Shown one piece after another: positions 1-10,473 of a DNA stretch of 46,830 nucleotides. The DNA is from an uncultured Verrucomicrobiota bacterium (lineage in GTDB: Bacteria; Verrucomicrobiota; Kiritimatiellia; CAIQIC01; Lenti-01), in the NCBI GenBank assembly GCA_964567795.1, contig CAZMOR010000323.1:1-46830 (forward strand), read 5' to 3'. The position numbers and the translations under genes were made by a program. The notes under the pieces are model-generated. The model saw nothing but the letters and a program-made list of their open reading frames with translations, had not been told where the DNA came from and searched no databases. Numbering within the stretch: the stretch's first letter is position 1; each line of letters opens with the position of its first letter.

Positions 1-2
1 TC

Positions 3-3000
3 AAGCCCGACGACGATTTGTGGCTGAATTACAGCATCTGGGCTACGGCCATGTCCGGGGCTACGCCGCTGGAAGCGGATGAAACGCGGACCGTGACCAT
101 GCGCAATGAGATCTCGGCGATGGCCAACAAGATCTTCCCGAACGGCGCGAACAAGGTGCCGCAGGAATACCTGGACGCCCTGGCGATGTACGAGCCTTCG
201 TGGACAAACACGGCGGATGATGGATCGCCTGGCACCGTCATTGCGACGGAAGGCGTTTGGTACGACCTGGGCAACGTGGGGGCGGGCTTCGACAACAACG
301 GGGACCTGGTGCCGGACCGCAACGCCTGGCTGCAACCTGTGGGCGACCCCGGCCTGTTTGACTCCTCCTGTTTCCGGCTGGTGCACACCTATGCACTGGT
401 GATCGTGAAACTCACCGACGGCACCGAGCAGATCTATAACGTCGAGGACCAACTCTACTTCGAGAACATCCCCGAGGATAACAACGGCGCCGTCGGTTAC
501 GTGCGCTATGAGTTCATGGCCATGCGTCCCGGCTGCTCCAGCACGCTGACGCCGTACCAGGAGGTGGCGTCCGGCTACGACAACGAGAAGTTCAACGGCG
601 ACTATGGGGCCTTCCTCGGCCAGGGGCTGACCAGCCTGGACGCCCACTTGGAAGTCAACAAGACCGTGGACAAGCCGTTTGCCCAGCCCGGGGAGACCCT
701 TTCCTTCACCATTGCCTACACCAACCCCGGACCGGTGACGGTCGGCGATCCGGAAGGCGGGGCGCCGCTGGTCATGCGCGAGCATATTCCCCACGGCACA
801 CTGTATGTCGGCCTGAGTTCCGGCGCCAGCAATTCACTGCCAAGCGGCGTCAGTTCCTACACGATTTTGTATTCAACCAACAACGGCACGACCTGGCAGG
901 CCGCGGAGCCGGCCGATCCGACAAAGATCACCGACGTCCAGTGGTGGCTGAGCGATCCGCTGGCGACGAATGTAGCGGGCTCGGTCAAGCTTCAGGTGAC
1001 GGTCACGACCAATGCCGGCCCGTTCATCACGAACCAGGCCTGCGCCACGATCGCCGGCGGCGCCGACATGGCCTGTGACGAAACCACCACGTATGTGTCG
1101 GGCACCAACCGGCTGGGCGACCTGGTGTGGGCGGACAACGGCGCCGGCGGCGGCGTGCTGGGCAACCAGATGCAGGATGGCACGGAAACGGGCATCTCGA
1201 ACATCACGGTCTGGCTGTACTACGACGCCAACACCAACGGATTCTACGACGCCAGCGATTTGTACTACGCCTCCAACACCACCAGCACTACCGGCTACTA
1301 CATGTTCACCAACCTACCGGACGGCAAGTTCGTCGCGGTGGTGGATATGCGGGATCCCGACCTGCCGGTGGGCTACACTCCGACCACGTTTACCAACCTC
1401 GCCGCGGATCTCGATTCCGCACGCACCAATTCCGCCGCGGTTTCGTTCCTCACCGCAGATTTCGGCTTTGCCCCGGCCTTGACGCTGGTCAAGACGCTCA
1501 CCAGCACCAATGCCATTCGCGAAGGGCAGAACATCACCTTCAACCTGGCGGTTTCCAACAACCTGCCCGGCAACGGGGCCGGTGGGACCTATGCCACCAC
1601 TTATGCGTGGCCGACGAACGGGTATGCCAAAAACACGGAATTTATCGGTTGGACGAATACGCTAGGCGCGCCGGACGGACTTTATTGTTCCAACTATATT
1701 ACAGGTTCGACGACCTTCATGTACCTTTCCAATTTTGTCGCAGCTAGCACTCAAACCGGTACCATCACCAAAGTGGAACTGGTCCGGCAGCGGCTTGTGG
1801 TTCCATCTATTGATAGCGACGACACCGCCGTGCTCCTGGTGCAGCAGCTTTCCCCAGCAACGGTGCTCTTTTCAAACAACCTGCTCATCGCCTCCATGAC
1901 CAACGGGTTCATCGTGGATGTCATCACCAATTCGATTACGTCGTGGGCGAATTTTGCCACCAACATTTCAATTTCCTTGAACGCCAAGAAGAACTCAGGC
2001 GGGGCCGGCAGTGGATATTTAGGATACGACGCGATCGGCTTCCGGATCACCAGCGTCTCGACCGGCGGCACGGGCACGGCCAGCACCACGCTCAACCCGG
2101 TGCCGTTGACGGACCAGTACGACGCGGATAAATTCCAGTTTGTTTCGGCGGTTCCGCCGCAGTCCACCTCCACGACCAACGGCAGCACACCCAACAGCAC
2201 GGGTACGCTGTATTGGGCCAACCTAGGGCCAATTTATCCCGGCGGCACGTCGACCGTCGCGGTGACCTTCCGGTTGCTGAAGCCCGAGAGCTATACCAAC
2301 ATGCTGGCGACGAACATCACCTGGGTGACCAACGCCACGTTCCAGAACGGCGTGCCGGCCAACACGGCCACCAGCAGCGTGGTGGTGACCCAGGCGCCCG
2401 CGGCAAAGGTGGGCGACTACATTTGGCGGGACCTGAACGCGGACGGCATCCAGAACGAGACGAACATGGGCATTGCCTACGTGGCGGTGTCGATCACACC
2501 GCCGGCCGGCATCGATCTTGGCAACGGCGCCGGCGCGGCGATCACCAATTTCACGGATGCCTCCGGCTACTACTCCTTCGAGTCGATTCCGGCGACGGGG
2601 GTCTACACGGTGCGGGTGGTGACGGCGACGCTGCCCGGCGGCTCCGGCACGAACACCTTCGACGAAGACGGCGTGCGGGACCACACGCACGCGGTTTATC
2701 TCGACATCTATTCCACGCCTTCCAGCACAAATAACGTGCACCTGACGACGGACTTCGGGTACCAGACCGGCACGACGATCGAGGGTACGATCTGGCACGA
2801 CTACGATCACGGCATGGAAACCAACCGCGAAGCCGGCGAAGACTGGCTGACGAACGTGACGGTCTACCTGTGCGCCAGTCCGTCGCCCTGCGGCCCGGGC
2901 GCCTCCATCGCCACGAACACCACGACGACCAACGGCTATTTCCGGTTTACGGGCGCCTACACGGGCAGCTACACCGTGCTGGTGGCCACCAACACAGGGA

Positions 3001-6000
3001 TGATGACCAACAGCACGTGGAACCTGTCGTGGGACACGAACGGAACCAACACTCCCAATTACGTCGGCGTCACCGTGGTCACCGGTGGGGTGGCGCGGGC
3101 GGACTTCAGCTACTGGCGCTACGGCAGCTATGCGATCGGCGACACGCTGTATGTCGACTGGGACGGCAACGGCGTGCAGAGCAACGCATGGGAGGAGGGG
3201 ATCTCCAATATCACGGTGTATCTCTATGAAGACGCCAACAGCAACGGCGTGGTGGACCTTGCCACCGATGCGTTCGTCGCCTCCACGGTTACGGCCAGCA
3301 ACGGATATTACGTCTTCACCAATCTGTTCGCAACCAACACATACCTCGTCTACGTGGATCTCGCCGACCCGGACCTGCCGGCAAACTATCTCATCACGGG
3401 GGATCCGTACGGCGCCAAGGACGCGCGCAGCGTGGTGACCCTCACCAACGCCAGCAATTACGCCCAGGACTTTGGATTCCAGCCTTACGGGAGCGGCGCG
3501 ATTGGCGACACGGTCTGGCGGGACCTCAACGCCGACGGGACGCAGTCCGGCGCACAGGAGACCGGAATTTCCAACATTCTCGTCAGCCTGTACGTGGACA
3601 TGAACAAAGACAACAACTATGTGCTGCTGCGCACCACAAACACGAGTTCGAGCGGCACCTATCTGTTCAGTTCGCTGCCGGACGGGAACTACCGCGTGGT
3701 GGTGGATTCCGCCGATACTGACCTCCCGCAAGACGCCTTCGGCAACGTGTATTATCCCAGCACGGCCACGACCAACCAGGTGACCATCAGCGGCGGCAGC
3801 ACCTATCTGGACGCCGATTTCGGCTTTGCTCCCTACGGCGCCATCGGCGACACGGTGTTCTGGGACGCCAACCGCAACGGCACGCAGGATTACAGCGAGA
3901 GCGACGTATCCGGCGCGGTGGTGCGGCTCTACTACGACGGGAACGGCAACGGCATTTATGATCCGGGCGAGACGCTGGCGGCCAGCGCCACCACCGACGT
4001 GGACGGCCTTTATCTCTTTGAAGGCCTGCTGCCGAGCAACTACGTGGTGCTGGTGGTGACCACGAACGGCCCGCTGTTCGGAACGGCCCAGACCGCCGAC
4101 CCGAACTCGGACGGCTATGCCTGCGCCGACACCAACAACCTGGTGCCGTGCGACGACCAGTACGGGTTGTATCTGAACAACGGCCAGAACTTCATGGGCG
4201 CGGACTTTGGCTACGATCCGCCCGGCGTGATCGGCGACTACCTGTGGGTCGACACCGACAACGACGGTGTGCAGGATGCCGGCGAGAGCGGCATTCCCTA
4301 CATTTCAGTGGTGCTGTATTCCAACGGCGTGGCCATCGCCACCAACGAGACGGATGCGGACGGCTACTACTATTTCTCCGGCCTGGCCGACGGCACCTAC
4401 GGCGTGTGGGTGGTGACCAACGACACGGACTTTCCGGCCGGGCTCACGAACACCTGGGCCGCGGACGGCACGTTCGACAATTACGCAACCAACATCGTGA
4501 TTTCCGGCGGTTCCGTGGCCTCCGTGGGCGGATATCCCTGTACCGGCTGCGACCTGTCGATCGACTTCGGGTATCGCTATTCGGGCAACAACAGCCTGAG
4601 CGGGACCATCGGATTCGACGCGGCACCCTTCGACGGCGTGATGAACGGCACGAACACCAGCGGCGTCGCGGCCGGCGAGGCGGCCTATGCCGGGGTCTCC
4701 GTTTATCTGTACCTGTGGAACGACGACGGGGACGGCACCGTCGAGGCCGGGGAGTATGTCTCGATTGCGTCGACGGCCACCGCCACCAACGGCGACTATT
4801 CCTTCACGGGCCTGCCCAGCGGCGACGGCAACGACAAGTACATCGTCGCCAGCTCCGCGCCGGAGGATTACCTGAAGCTCACGACCACCAACGGCTCGAT
4901 CGCCGGGGTGGGCGTGGTCGAGACAACCAACACGGCGGGCAACACGGTTTCGGCCTACCTGACCGTCAACATCGCTCCGGTCATCACCGGCATGGACTTC
5001 GCCTACCGTTCCACGAAGAACTATGACTATGGCGATCTGCCGGAACGCTACCAGACCCTGCTGCCGGACGGGGCACGGCACATCGTCAAGACCTCGAACC
5101 TGTTCCTGGGGGCCACGGTGGACGTGGAGAACAATGGCCAGCCTTCCGCGGGTGCCAACGGCGACGACCTCGCCGGCACGGCCGACGAGGACGGGGTCGC
5201 CATGGTCACCAGCACGATGTGGCACGACGGCACCACCGGCGGCACCGTGCGCGTGACCGTGGGCGCGGGCTCCGGCTGGCTGGTCGGCTACGTTGATTTC
5301 AACAACGACGGTGATTTGCTGGATCCGGGCGAAATGGTTTGCAGCCTGGCGGTGTCGAACACCGGCGGCAACGGGGCGGGCGTCTATACGAACACGTTCG
5401 ATGTTCCGTACGGCACCTTCTCGACCGCCAACTCCACGTCGCTCTATGCACGGTTCCGACTGTTTCCGGCGGAACCGTTCAGCCCCGAGCTGGCGTTTTC
5501 GGGCACGGCCGACAATGGCGAAGTCGAGGATTATCTCTGGCACCTGTCCGTAGTCGGCGACTACGTCTGGATCGATTCCGACGGCGATGGTGCGCAGGAT
5601 GCGGGCGAGCCAGCGCTGGCGGGCGTACGGGTGTTCATTGACCTCAACGCCGATGGCCTCTACCAGACCAATGAACCGGCCGCGACCACCGGCGAGGACG
5701 GTCTTTACGGCATCGGCGGGCTGGTTCCGGGAACCTACACGGTGGCGGTAGACACCAACACGCTCCCGATCGGAGTTTCGCAGACCTACGATTTCGACGG
5801 CATCGGCACTGCGAACAAGGCTTCCATCACCATCGCCACCCTCGGCGAATTCGTGACGGTGGCCGACTTCGGCTACCGGGGCGACGCCACTGTCGGCGAC
5901 CGGGCGTGGTTCGACGCCGACCGCGACGGCATTCAGGACGCCGGCGAAACCAACGGCATCGCCGGACTGCCCGTCGCGCTGCTGGACGCAGCATCCAACG

Positions 6001-9000
6001 TGGTTGTCACGACCACCACCGATGCCTCCGGCAACTATCTGTTTGCCAACATTCCGGCCGGAACCTATCTGGTCCGGTTCGACCTGCGGACCGTGACGAC
6101 CAATGCGAGCGTCACGCTGCCTGATCAGGGTGGCGACGATGCCCTCGACAGCGATGCGACATCGGGCGGAACCGGCGGCTTTGCCTACACGGCTGCGTTT
6201 GCCGCCGGGGCGGGCTCGACCAATTTGACCATAGATCTGGGATTGCGCACAACCTCCACCACGCGCGCGGAAATCGCCGAAGTCTGGGGCGAAGCCGCGG
6301 GGAATGGCGGGCGCATTGTCTGGCGTACCGTTTCGGAATGGAATACGGCCGGATTTGTGGTCTACCGTATCGATCCGGCCTCAGGCGTGGAAGTGCGCTT
6401 GAACGACGTCCTGGTGCCGTCAGCTTTCAATGCGGACGGCGCCACCTATGAACTGGCTGATCCAGAAGCCGTGGCGGGCGGAACCGGCAATTACCGCTTG
6501 GAAGAAATGGAGCTGACTGGTGGCACGCGGGACCTGGGCGCGCAGGCCATCACCTTCGCCCCTGCGCGACCGCGGGCGAAGGCTTTGAAAACTCTGTTGT
6601 CCCGCGAGCAACTATCCACGCCCCGGTTGGCTGGACCTTCGCCGGTTCTGAAAGTTCTGGTGCGGAATGAAGGCCTATATGGCGTTTCTCTGCAGGCCAT
6701 CGCCGCGGGCATGGGTCTCGCCCGGGCGGACGTGCAGGCACTAGCGGAGGCCGGCTCCCTGGAGATTTCGGAACAGGGGAAGGCGGTGCCGGTGATCTAC
6801 GATGCCGCCCGCTCGCGGCTGGTGTTCTATGGCCAGGCGACGGACAACTGGTACACGCGGGACAATGCCTATCTGATCAAGCAAGGTGCCGCCGTTGTGA
6901 TGACGCGGCGGGACCCCGGCGCCGCGGCCGGTGCATCCGTGCTGCCGGCCGTCATGGACTTTGAGGTCGACAAGTATCCGTTTGATAGCGCGGCCATTCG
7001 GCCCGCCGACTTCTACTACTGGGAGTACATTCTCAGCGGGACCAATGCGGCGGCAACCAAAACCTTCCCGCTGGATTTGACGGGATGCGCTGGCGATGTA
7101 ATCCTGACTGTACGGCTGCAGGGGTGGTCCAGCACGACAAACGACCCCGACCATCTAGCGGAGTTCAAATTCAACGGCGCCGGAACGGGCGCAGTCACCT
7201 TCGACGGTCAGGCCGCGGCGACGGCGGAACTGGTGATTCCCGCCGCTTCGGTGTCCAACGGCGTGAACACGCTCTCCGTGAAAGGCACGCTGCTGCCGGG
7301 CCGCGCATTCAGCTATTTCGTAGTGGACGGGATGGAAGCCGCCTTTACCCGCATGGTGGTGCCGGGGGCCGGGACGGCGCATTTCCTGGCGAACGGCGCA
7401 GCGGTGTCGGCGGCAGCGTTTGCGGAACCCCTGGCGGTAGCGTTGGACGCCAACGGCGTTCCGACCTGGCTCGCGGACGCCAACGGCAACTTGCCCGCCA
7501 AGGCTTGGGCAGCAGCAGCGGGCGACGCGCGCTATGCGGTGGCGGAAGCCGATGGCATCCCGTCGCTGACCCCCGAAGCGGTTGCGCCGGCGCCGTGGTT
7601 CCTGGCCGCTACCAACCGCATCGATTATCTGGTTCTGACCTCGCGCGCGCTGGCGAACGAGGCGCAAAAACTGGCGGATTACCGGGCCGGACAGGGGTTG
7701 CGCACCGGCGTGGTGACGTTCGAAGATGCCTGTGACTGGATGGCGGACGGCTTGCGCACACCGGAAGCGATTCCGGCCCTGCTGGCCTATGCGTCTTCCG
7801 TCTGGGCCGAAGCGCCGTGGATGGTGGTGCTGGCGGGCAACGGCCATTACGACTATCTCCAAGCCTTGAGCAACGAAGTGAACCATCTGCCGCCGTTGAT
7901 GATCCAGACCGCGGACGGCATATTCTCCTCGGACAACCTGCTGGCCGATGCGGATGGCGATGGCCTGCCCGACGCCGCCATTGGCCGCTTGCCGGCCCGG
8001 ACGACCAACGAGTTGGCTACGATGATCGCGAAGATCAAGGCATACGAGACGGATTTTGGTTCGGCATGGCAGAACAAGCTGATGTGGGCGGCGGATACGA
8101 ACGATGCCGCGGCCGGGGATTTTGCAGCGGCCAATGCGCGGCTGGCTGCGCTGGCAGATCCCGGGCGCACGAGCGTGTCCGTTGATTTGAATCTGCAATC
8201 CACCAATGCGGCCAAGACCGCGCTTTTAAACGGCTTTAAGGAAGGTGCCGGATTCATCCACTACACCGGCCACGGTGGAGTGAACTTCTGGAGCCCGAAG
8301 AAGCTGCTGACCGCGACGGATGTCAATGCCATGACCAATACGCGGCAGCCGGTGGTTGCGGCGTTGAGCTGCCTGGTGGGGCGGTACGAAGCACCGGCCG
8401 TGGACAGCCTGGGGGAATTGCTGCTGCGTCGGGCCAACGGCGGTGCTGTCGCTGTTTGGGGGCCTTCCGGTCTGTCGCGCAACAATCCGGCGACGGAATT
8501 GGGTGCGGCGTTCTATCGGGCAATTCTCGAGAATGGCGCCGGGACGCTGGGGCTGGCCGTCCTGCAAGCCCGCCGCAGCCTCTTGGGTAATGTGTTCTCG
8601 AGGGACACGTTAGCGGTATACAATTTGCTGGGCGATCCGGCCTTGCGCATTGCCGGCAACCTCGGCGGACAAGCGGCCGATGCCAGTTTTGCACAATGGC
8701 GCTGGCAGCGCTTCAGCCCCGCCGAGCTCGCCGATGCCGGCATCAGCGGTGCAACCGACGGCAATTTCTTCGAATATGCGATGGCGGGCGGCTACGAGGT
8801 TACAGCCGAATTGCCGGAATTCGGATACCCGCTGGCCATGTCCCGGTCGGCGGATGAACCGGGATTCATTTTGCGTTGGAAACGGCGGATCCAGCGGGAT
8901 GACATTGATTACCGTTTGTTTATCTCGGAGGATTTGGCACAATGGACCACTGAGCCGGCGGATGCCCGGACCGTGGGTGTGGAGCCGGACCTGGATGGTG

Positions 9001-9080
9001 TGATGGAAACCGTGCGCACGCGGGTGGACCGCCCGCAAGCGACGCGTATTTTCATTGGGGTCCAAGCCGTTCGTAAATAG
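3..9080 (+). CDS. Giant secreted repeat protein (5-prime partial, >3020 aa) with DUF11-like, SdrD-B/Cna-B-like and GEVED modules and a C-terminal peptidase C25 (gingipain-like) domain
   Basis: The frame is open from nt 3 to the listed TTG at 18, so the gene almost certainly starts upstream of the window. DUF11-like segments are present (LEVNKTVDKPFAQPGETLSFTIAYTNPGPV; LTLVKTLTSTNAIREGQNITF). There are about ten SdrD-B-like units and a GEVED motif (NGEVEDY, about nt 5514-5534). The C25-type catalytic motifs are FIHYTGHGG (His codon 8271-8273) and VAALSCLVG (Cys codon 8370-8372). No PEP-CTERM-like tail is seen. Confidence 0.85.
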   Translation, partial: KPDDDLWLNYSIWATAMSGATPLEADETRTVTMRNEISAMANKIFPNGANKVPQEYLDALAMYEPSWTNTADDGSPGTVIATEGVWYDLGNVGAGFDNNGDLVPDRNAWLQPVGDPGLFDSSCFRLVHTYALVIVKLTDGTEQIYNVEDQLYFENIPEDNNGAVGYVRYEFMAMRPGCSSTLTPYQEVASGYDNEKFNGDYGAFLGQGLTSLDAHLEVNKTVDKPFAQPGETLSFTIAYTNPGPVTVGDPEGGAPLVMREHIPHGTLYVGLSSGASNSLPSGVSSYTILYSTNNGTTWQAAEPADPTKITDVQWWLSDPLATNVAGSVKLQVTVTTNAGPFITNQACATIAGGADMACDETTTYVSGTNRLGDLVWADNGAGGGVLGNQMQDGTETGISNITVWLYYDANTNGFYDASDLYYASNTTSTTGYYMFTNLPDGKFVAVVDMRDPDLPVGYTPTTFTNLAADLDSARTNSAAVSFLTADFGFAPALTLVKTLTSTNAIREGQNITFNLAVSNNLPGNGAGGTYATTYAWPTNGYAKNTEFIGWTNTLGAPDGLYCSNYITGSTTFMYLSNFVAASTQTGTITKVELVRQRLVVPSIDSDDTAVLLVQQLSPATVLFSNNLLIASMTNGFIVDVITNSITSWANFATNISISLNAKKNSGGAGSGYLGYDAIGFRITSVSTGGTGTASTTLNPVPLTDQYDADKFQFVSAVPPQSTSTTNGSTPNSTGTLYWANLGPIYPGGTSTVAVTFRLLKPESYTNMLATNITWVTNATFQNGVPANTATSSVVVTQAPAAKVGDYIWRDLNADGIQNETNMGIAYVAVSITPPAGIDLGNGAGAAITNFTDASGYYSFESIPATGVYTVRVVTATLPGGSGTNTFDEDGVRDHTHAVYLDIYSTPSSTNNVHLTTDFGYQTGTTIEGTIWHDYDHGMETNREAGEDWLTNVTVYLCASPSPCGPGASIATNTTTTNGYFRFTGAYTGSYTVLVATNTGMMTNSTWNLSWDTNGTNTPNYVGVTVVTGGVARADFSYWRYGSYAIGDTLYVDWDGNGVQSNAWEEGISNITVYLYEDANSNGVVDLATDAFVASTVTASNGYYVFTNLFATNTYLVYVDLADPDLPANYLITGDPYGAKDARSVVTLTNASNYAQDFGFQPYGSGAIGDTVWRDLNADGTQSGAQETGISNILVSLYVDMNKDNNYVLLRTTNTSSSGTYLFSSLPDGNYRVVVDSADTDLPQDAFGNVYYPSTATTNQVTISGGSTYLDADFGFAPYGAIGDTVFWDANRNGTQDYSESDVSGAVVRLYYDGNGNGIYDPGETLAASATTDVDGLYLFEGLLPSNYVVLVVTTNGPLFGTAQTADPNSDGYACADTNNLVPCDDQYGLYLNNGQNFMGADFGYDPPGVIGDYLWVDTDNDGVQDAGESGIPYISVVLYSNGVAIATNETDADGYYYFSGLADGTYGVWVVTNDTDFPAGLTNTWAADGTFDNYATNIVISGGSVASVGGYPCTGCDLSIDFGYRYSGNNSLSGTIGFDAAPFDGVMNGTNTSGVAAGEAAYAGVSVYLYLWNDDGDGTVEAGEYVSIASTATATNGDYSFTGLPSGDGNDKYIVASSAPEDYLKLTTTNGSIAGVGVVETTNTAGNTVSAYLTVNIAPVITGMDFAYRSTKNYDYGDLPERYQTLLPDGARHIVKTSNLFLGATVDVENNGQPSAGANGDDLAGTADEDGVAMVTSTMWHDGTTGGTVRVTVGAGSGWLVGYVDFNNDGDLLDPGEMVCSLAVSNTGGNGAGVYTNTFDVPYGTFSTANSTSLYARFRLFPAEPFSPELAFSGTADNGEVEDYLWHLSVVGDYVWIDSDGDGAQDAGEPALAGVRVFIDLNADGLYQTNEPAATTGEDGLYGIGGLVPGTYTVAVDTNTLPIGVSQTYDFDGIGTANKASITIATLGEFVTVADFGYRGDATVGDRAWFDADRDGIQDAGETNGIAGLPVALLDAASNVVVTTTTDASGNYLFANIPAGTYLVRFDLRTVTTNASVTLPDQGGDDALDSDATSGGTGGFAYTAAFAAGAGSTNLTIDLGLRTTSTTRAEIAEVWGEAAGNGGRIVWRTVSEWNTAGFVVYRIDPASGVEVRLNDVLVPSAFNADGATYELADPEAVAGGTGNYRLEEMELTGGTRDLGAQAITFAPARPRAKALKTLLSREQLSTPRLAGPSPVLKVLVRNEGLYGVSLQAIAAGMGLARADVQALAEAGSLEISEQGKAVPVIYDAARSRLVFYGQATDNWYTRDNAYLIKQGAAVVMTRRDPGAAAGASVLPAVMDFEVDKYPFDSAAIRPADFYYWEYILSGTNAAATKTFPLDLTGCAGDVILTVRLQGWSSTTNDPDHLAEFKFNGAGTGAVTFDGQAAATAELVIPAASVSNGVNTLSVKGTLLPGRAFSYFVVDGMEAAFTRMVVPGAGTAHFLANGAAVSAAAFAEPLAVALDANGVPTWLADANGNLPAKAWAAAAGDARYAVAEADGIPSLTPEAVAPAPWFLAATNRIDYLVLTSRALANEAQKLADYRAGQGLRTGVVTFEDACDWMADGLRTPEAIPALLAYASSVWAEAPWMVVLAGNGHYDYLQALSNEVNHLPPLMIQTADGIFSSDNLLADADGDGLPDAAIGRLPARTTNELATMIAKIKAYETDFGSAWQNKLMWAADTNDAAAGDFAAANARLAALADPGRTSVSVDLNLQSTNAAKTALLNGFKEGAGFIHYTGHGGVNFWSPKKLLTATDVNAMTNTRQPVVAALSCLVGRYEAPAVDSLGELLLRRANGGAVAVWGPSGLSRNNPATELGAAFYRAILENGAGTLGLAVLQARRSLLGNVFSRDTLAVYNLLGDPALRIAGNLGGQAADASFAQWRWQRFSPAELADAGISGATDGNFFEYAMAGGYEVTAELPEFGYPLAMSRSADEPGFILRWKRRIQRDDIDYRLFISEDLAQWTTEPADARTVGVEPDLDGVMETVRTRVDRPQATRIFIGVQAVRK
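1125..6240 (+). repeat. Tandem array of about ten diverged SdrD-B/Cna-B-like domain repeats (~110-125 codons each) inside the giant CDS
   Basis: A recurring protein-level unit starts near nt 1125, 2409, 2780, 3133, 3498, 3840, 4226, 4600, 5553 and 5890. The pattern is [AV][IV]GDxxWxDxNxDGxQ..E.G[IL]..[IV]xVxLY followed by TDxxGxYxFxxLxxGxYxV. The array is interrupted by the GEVED-containing segment at about 5020-5540. The repeats are diverged at DNA level and the boundaries are approximate. Confidence 0.7.
7620..8651 (+). other. Peptidase C25 (gingipain/PorU-type cysteine peptidase) domain of the giant CDS
   Basis: The domain runs from IDYLVLTSRALANEAQKLADYRAGQGL through GRLPARTTNELATMIAKIKAYE, HYTGHGG (His) and ALSCLVGRYE (Cys), and ends at LLGDPALRI. 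Order and spacing are as in C25-family enzymes. Boundaries are approximate. Confidence 0.75.
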
Positions 9081-9085
9081 GAAAG

Positions 9086-9379
9086 ATGAACACGTCCAGC
9101 ACATACCGGATAAAAGGCCGGGTCGTCCTGCGCCGGATTGGCGAAGACCGCCTGCTGGTGCCGGTGTCGGGCGATGCCGCACGCGAAAATTGCGTGTTTC
9201 CGATCAATGAAACCGGCGAGTTCATCTGGGAACACTTGACGCAAGGCCTGCCCCTCGACCAAGTCGCGCAAGCTTTGGCGGCTGCGTTTGAGGTGTCACC
9301 TGCGGAAGCGCTATCCGATTGTCGCCAATTCGCGGGCGACCTGCTGGCCCAGCACCTGCTGGAAGAGGTTGGGCCATGA
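9086..9379 (+). CDS. PqqD-family protein (RiPP recognition element / peptide chaperone)
   Basis: The product is 97 aa with a typical PqqD pattern: VLRRIGEDRLLVP...FPINETGEFIWEHLTQGLPLDQVAQALAAAFEVSPAEALSDCRQFAGDLLAQHLL. It starts 5 nt after the giant-gene stop (TAG 9078-9080). Its stop overlaps the next ATG (ATGA at 9376-9379). Confidence 0.85.
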   Translation: MNTSSTYRIKGRVVLRRIGEDRLLVPVSGDAARENCVFPINETGEFIWEHLTQGLPLDQVAQALAAAFEVSPAEALSDCRQFAGDLLAQHLLEEVGP

Positions 9380-10473
9380 TCTGTCCCATGAGCGATGCCG
9401 CAACATTGGAATGGACCGCCGGTTTCCGTGCCCGGGCGGCAAAAGCCCGCATGCCGATTGCCGCCACGTTGGAATTGACCCGACGCTGCAACTTGCGCTG
9501 CACGCACTGTTATCTGGGCAACCAGGCGGAGCAGCATCTGCGGCGTGGCGCTGAACTCGGAACCGAGGCTGTGAAGTCGGCCTTGTCCGAGTGGGCCGAG
9601 GCCGGCTGCCTATACCTCACCCTGACGGGTGGCGATCCGATGCTGCGCCCGGATTTTGCCGAGATCTACCGGCACGCGCGGGAACTGGGGCTGGTGGTCT
9701 CTGTTTTCTGCAACGGGACGTTGGTGACGGACGAAGTGGTTGCCTTGTTTCGCGAGTGGCCGCCACGCAAGGTGGAGGTCAGCCTTTATGGTGCGACGCC
9801 GGCAGTTCATGAGGCCATCACCGGGGTTCAGGGTTCGCACGCGCAGGCCTGGGCGGGGATTCGCCGCCTGCAAGCGGAGGGAATCCGGGTCGAGTTGAAG
9901 ACCATGTTGATGACAACGAACCGGCATGAGACCGAAAAAATGAGACGCCAGGCCGAGGCCGCCGGCTTGAACTTCCGCCATGATGCGGCCCTTTTCCCTT
10001 GCCTGGATGACGGCTCCGTCCGGCCGCTGGAATTCCGGGTTGCGCCGGCCGAAGCGGTTTGCGAGGACCTGGCGACACCTGAACGGCGCCGGAACTGGCA
10101 GGAAAGAATTGCTCGGACCGCTGGCCATGCCGAGGATGAGCGCCTGTACACCTGTGCCGCCGGCCTGACGGCTTTCCATGCCGATCCCTTTGGGGGGCTG
10201 TCGCCTTGCCTGATGGCGGTTGATTACATGTGCCGGCCGAATGAGCGGTCCTTCCGCGAGATTTGGAACGGCGAATTGAAAGCCATCCGGGAGCGCCGGC
10301 GAACGCATTCGGGGGGAAGTTTCAGTGGCCCCTTGCGCGGCGCCTGCACCCATTGCCCGGCCTTCAACCGCCTGGAAACCGGCGACGAAGAACGGGATTC
10401 CGACTACATGCAGCAAACCACTTTGTTGAGATACGAGGCGGCCATGCGCGCCGAAGATAGTGAGAAGACATGA
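9376..10473 (+). CDS. Radical SAM enzyme with C-terminal SPASM/twitch-like auxiliary-cluster region (putative peptide maturase)
   Basis: CNLRCTHC is a CX3CX2C motif (Cys codons 9487, 9499, 9508). LTLTGGDPMLRP is a GGEP-like motif. The C-terminal region has CAAGLTAFHADPFGGLSPC (CX13GX4C) and then ACTHCPAF (CX2C). I chose the ATG at 9376 (ATGA overlap with the PqqD stop) over the TTG at 9319 given in the ORF track. An ATG at 9388 is an alternative start. Confidence 0.85.
   Translation: MICPMSDAATLEWTAGFRARAAKARMPIAATLELTRRCNLRCTHCYLGNQAEQHLRRGAELGTEAVKSALSEWAEAGCLYLTLTGGDPMLRPDFAEIYRHARELGLVVSVFCNGTLVTDEVVALFREWPPRKVEVSLYGATPAVHEAITGVQGSHAQAWAGIRRLQAEGIRVELKTMLMTTNRHETEKMRRQAEAAGLNFRHDAALFPCLDDGSVRPLEFRVAPAEAVCEDLATPERRRNWQERIARTAGHAEDERLYTCAAGLTAFHADPFGGLSPCLMAVDYMCRPNERSFREIWNGELKAIRERRRTHSGGSFSGPLRGACTHCPAFNRLETGDEERDSDYMQQTTLLRYEAAMRAEDSEKT

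Noticed and set aside
8900-9080. PEP-CTERM, LPXTG or T9SS-type sorting signal at the C-terminus of the giant protein
   Set aside because: The tail (…RVDRPQATRIFIGVQAVRK) has no PEP motif plus TM plus Arg cluster and no LPXTG. I cannot recognise a T9SS C-terminal domain by eye. No exosortase or sortase gene is in the window.
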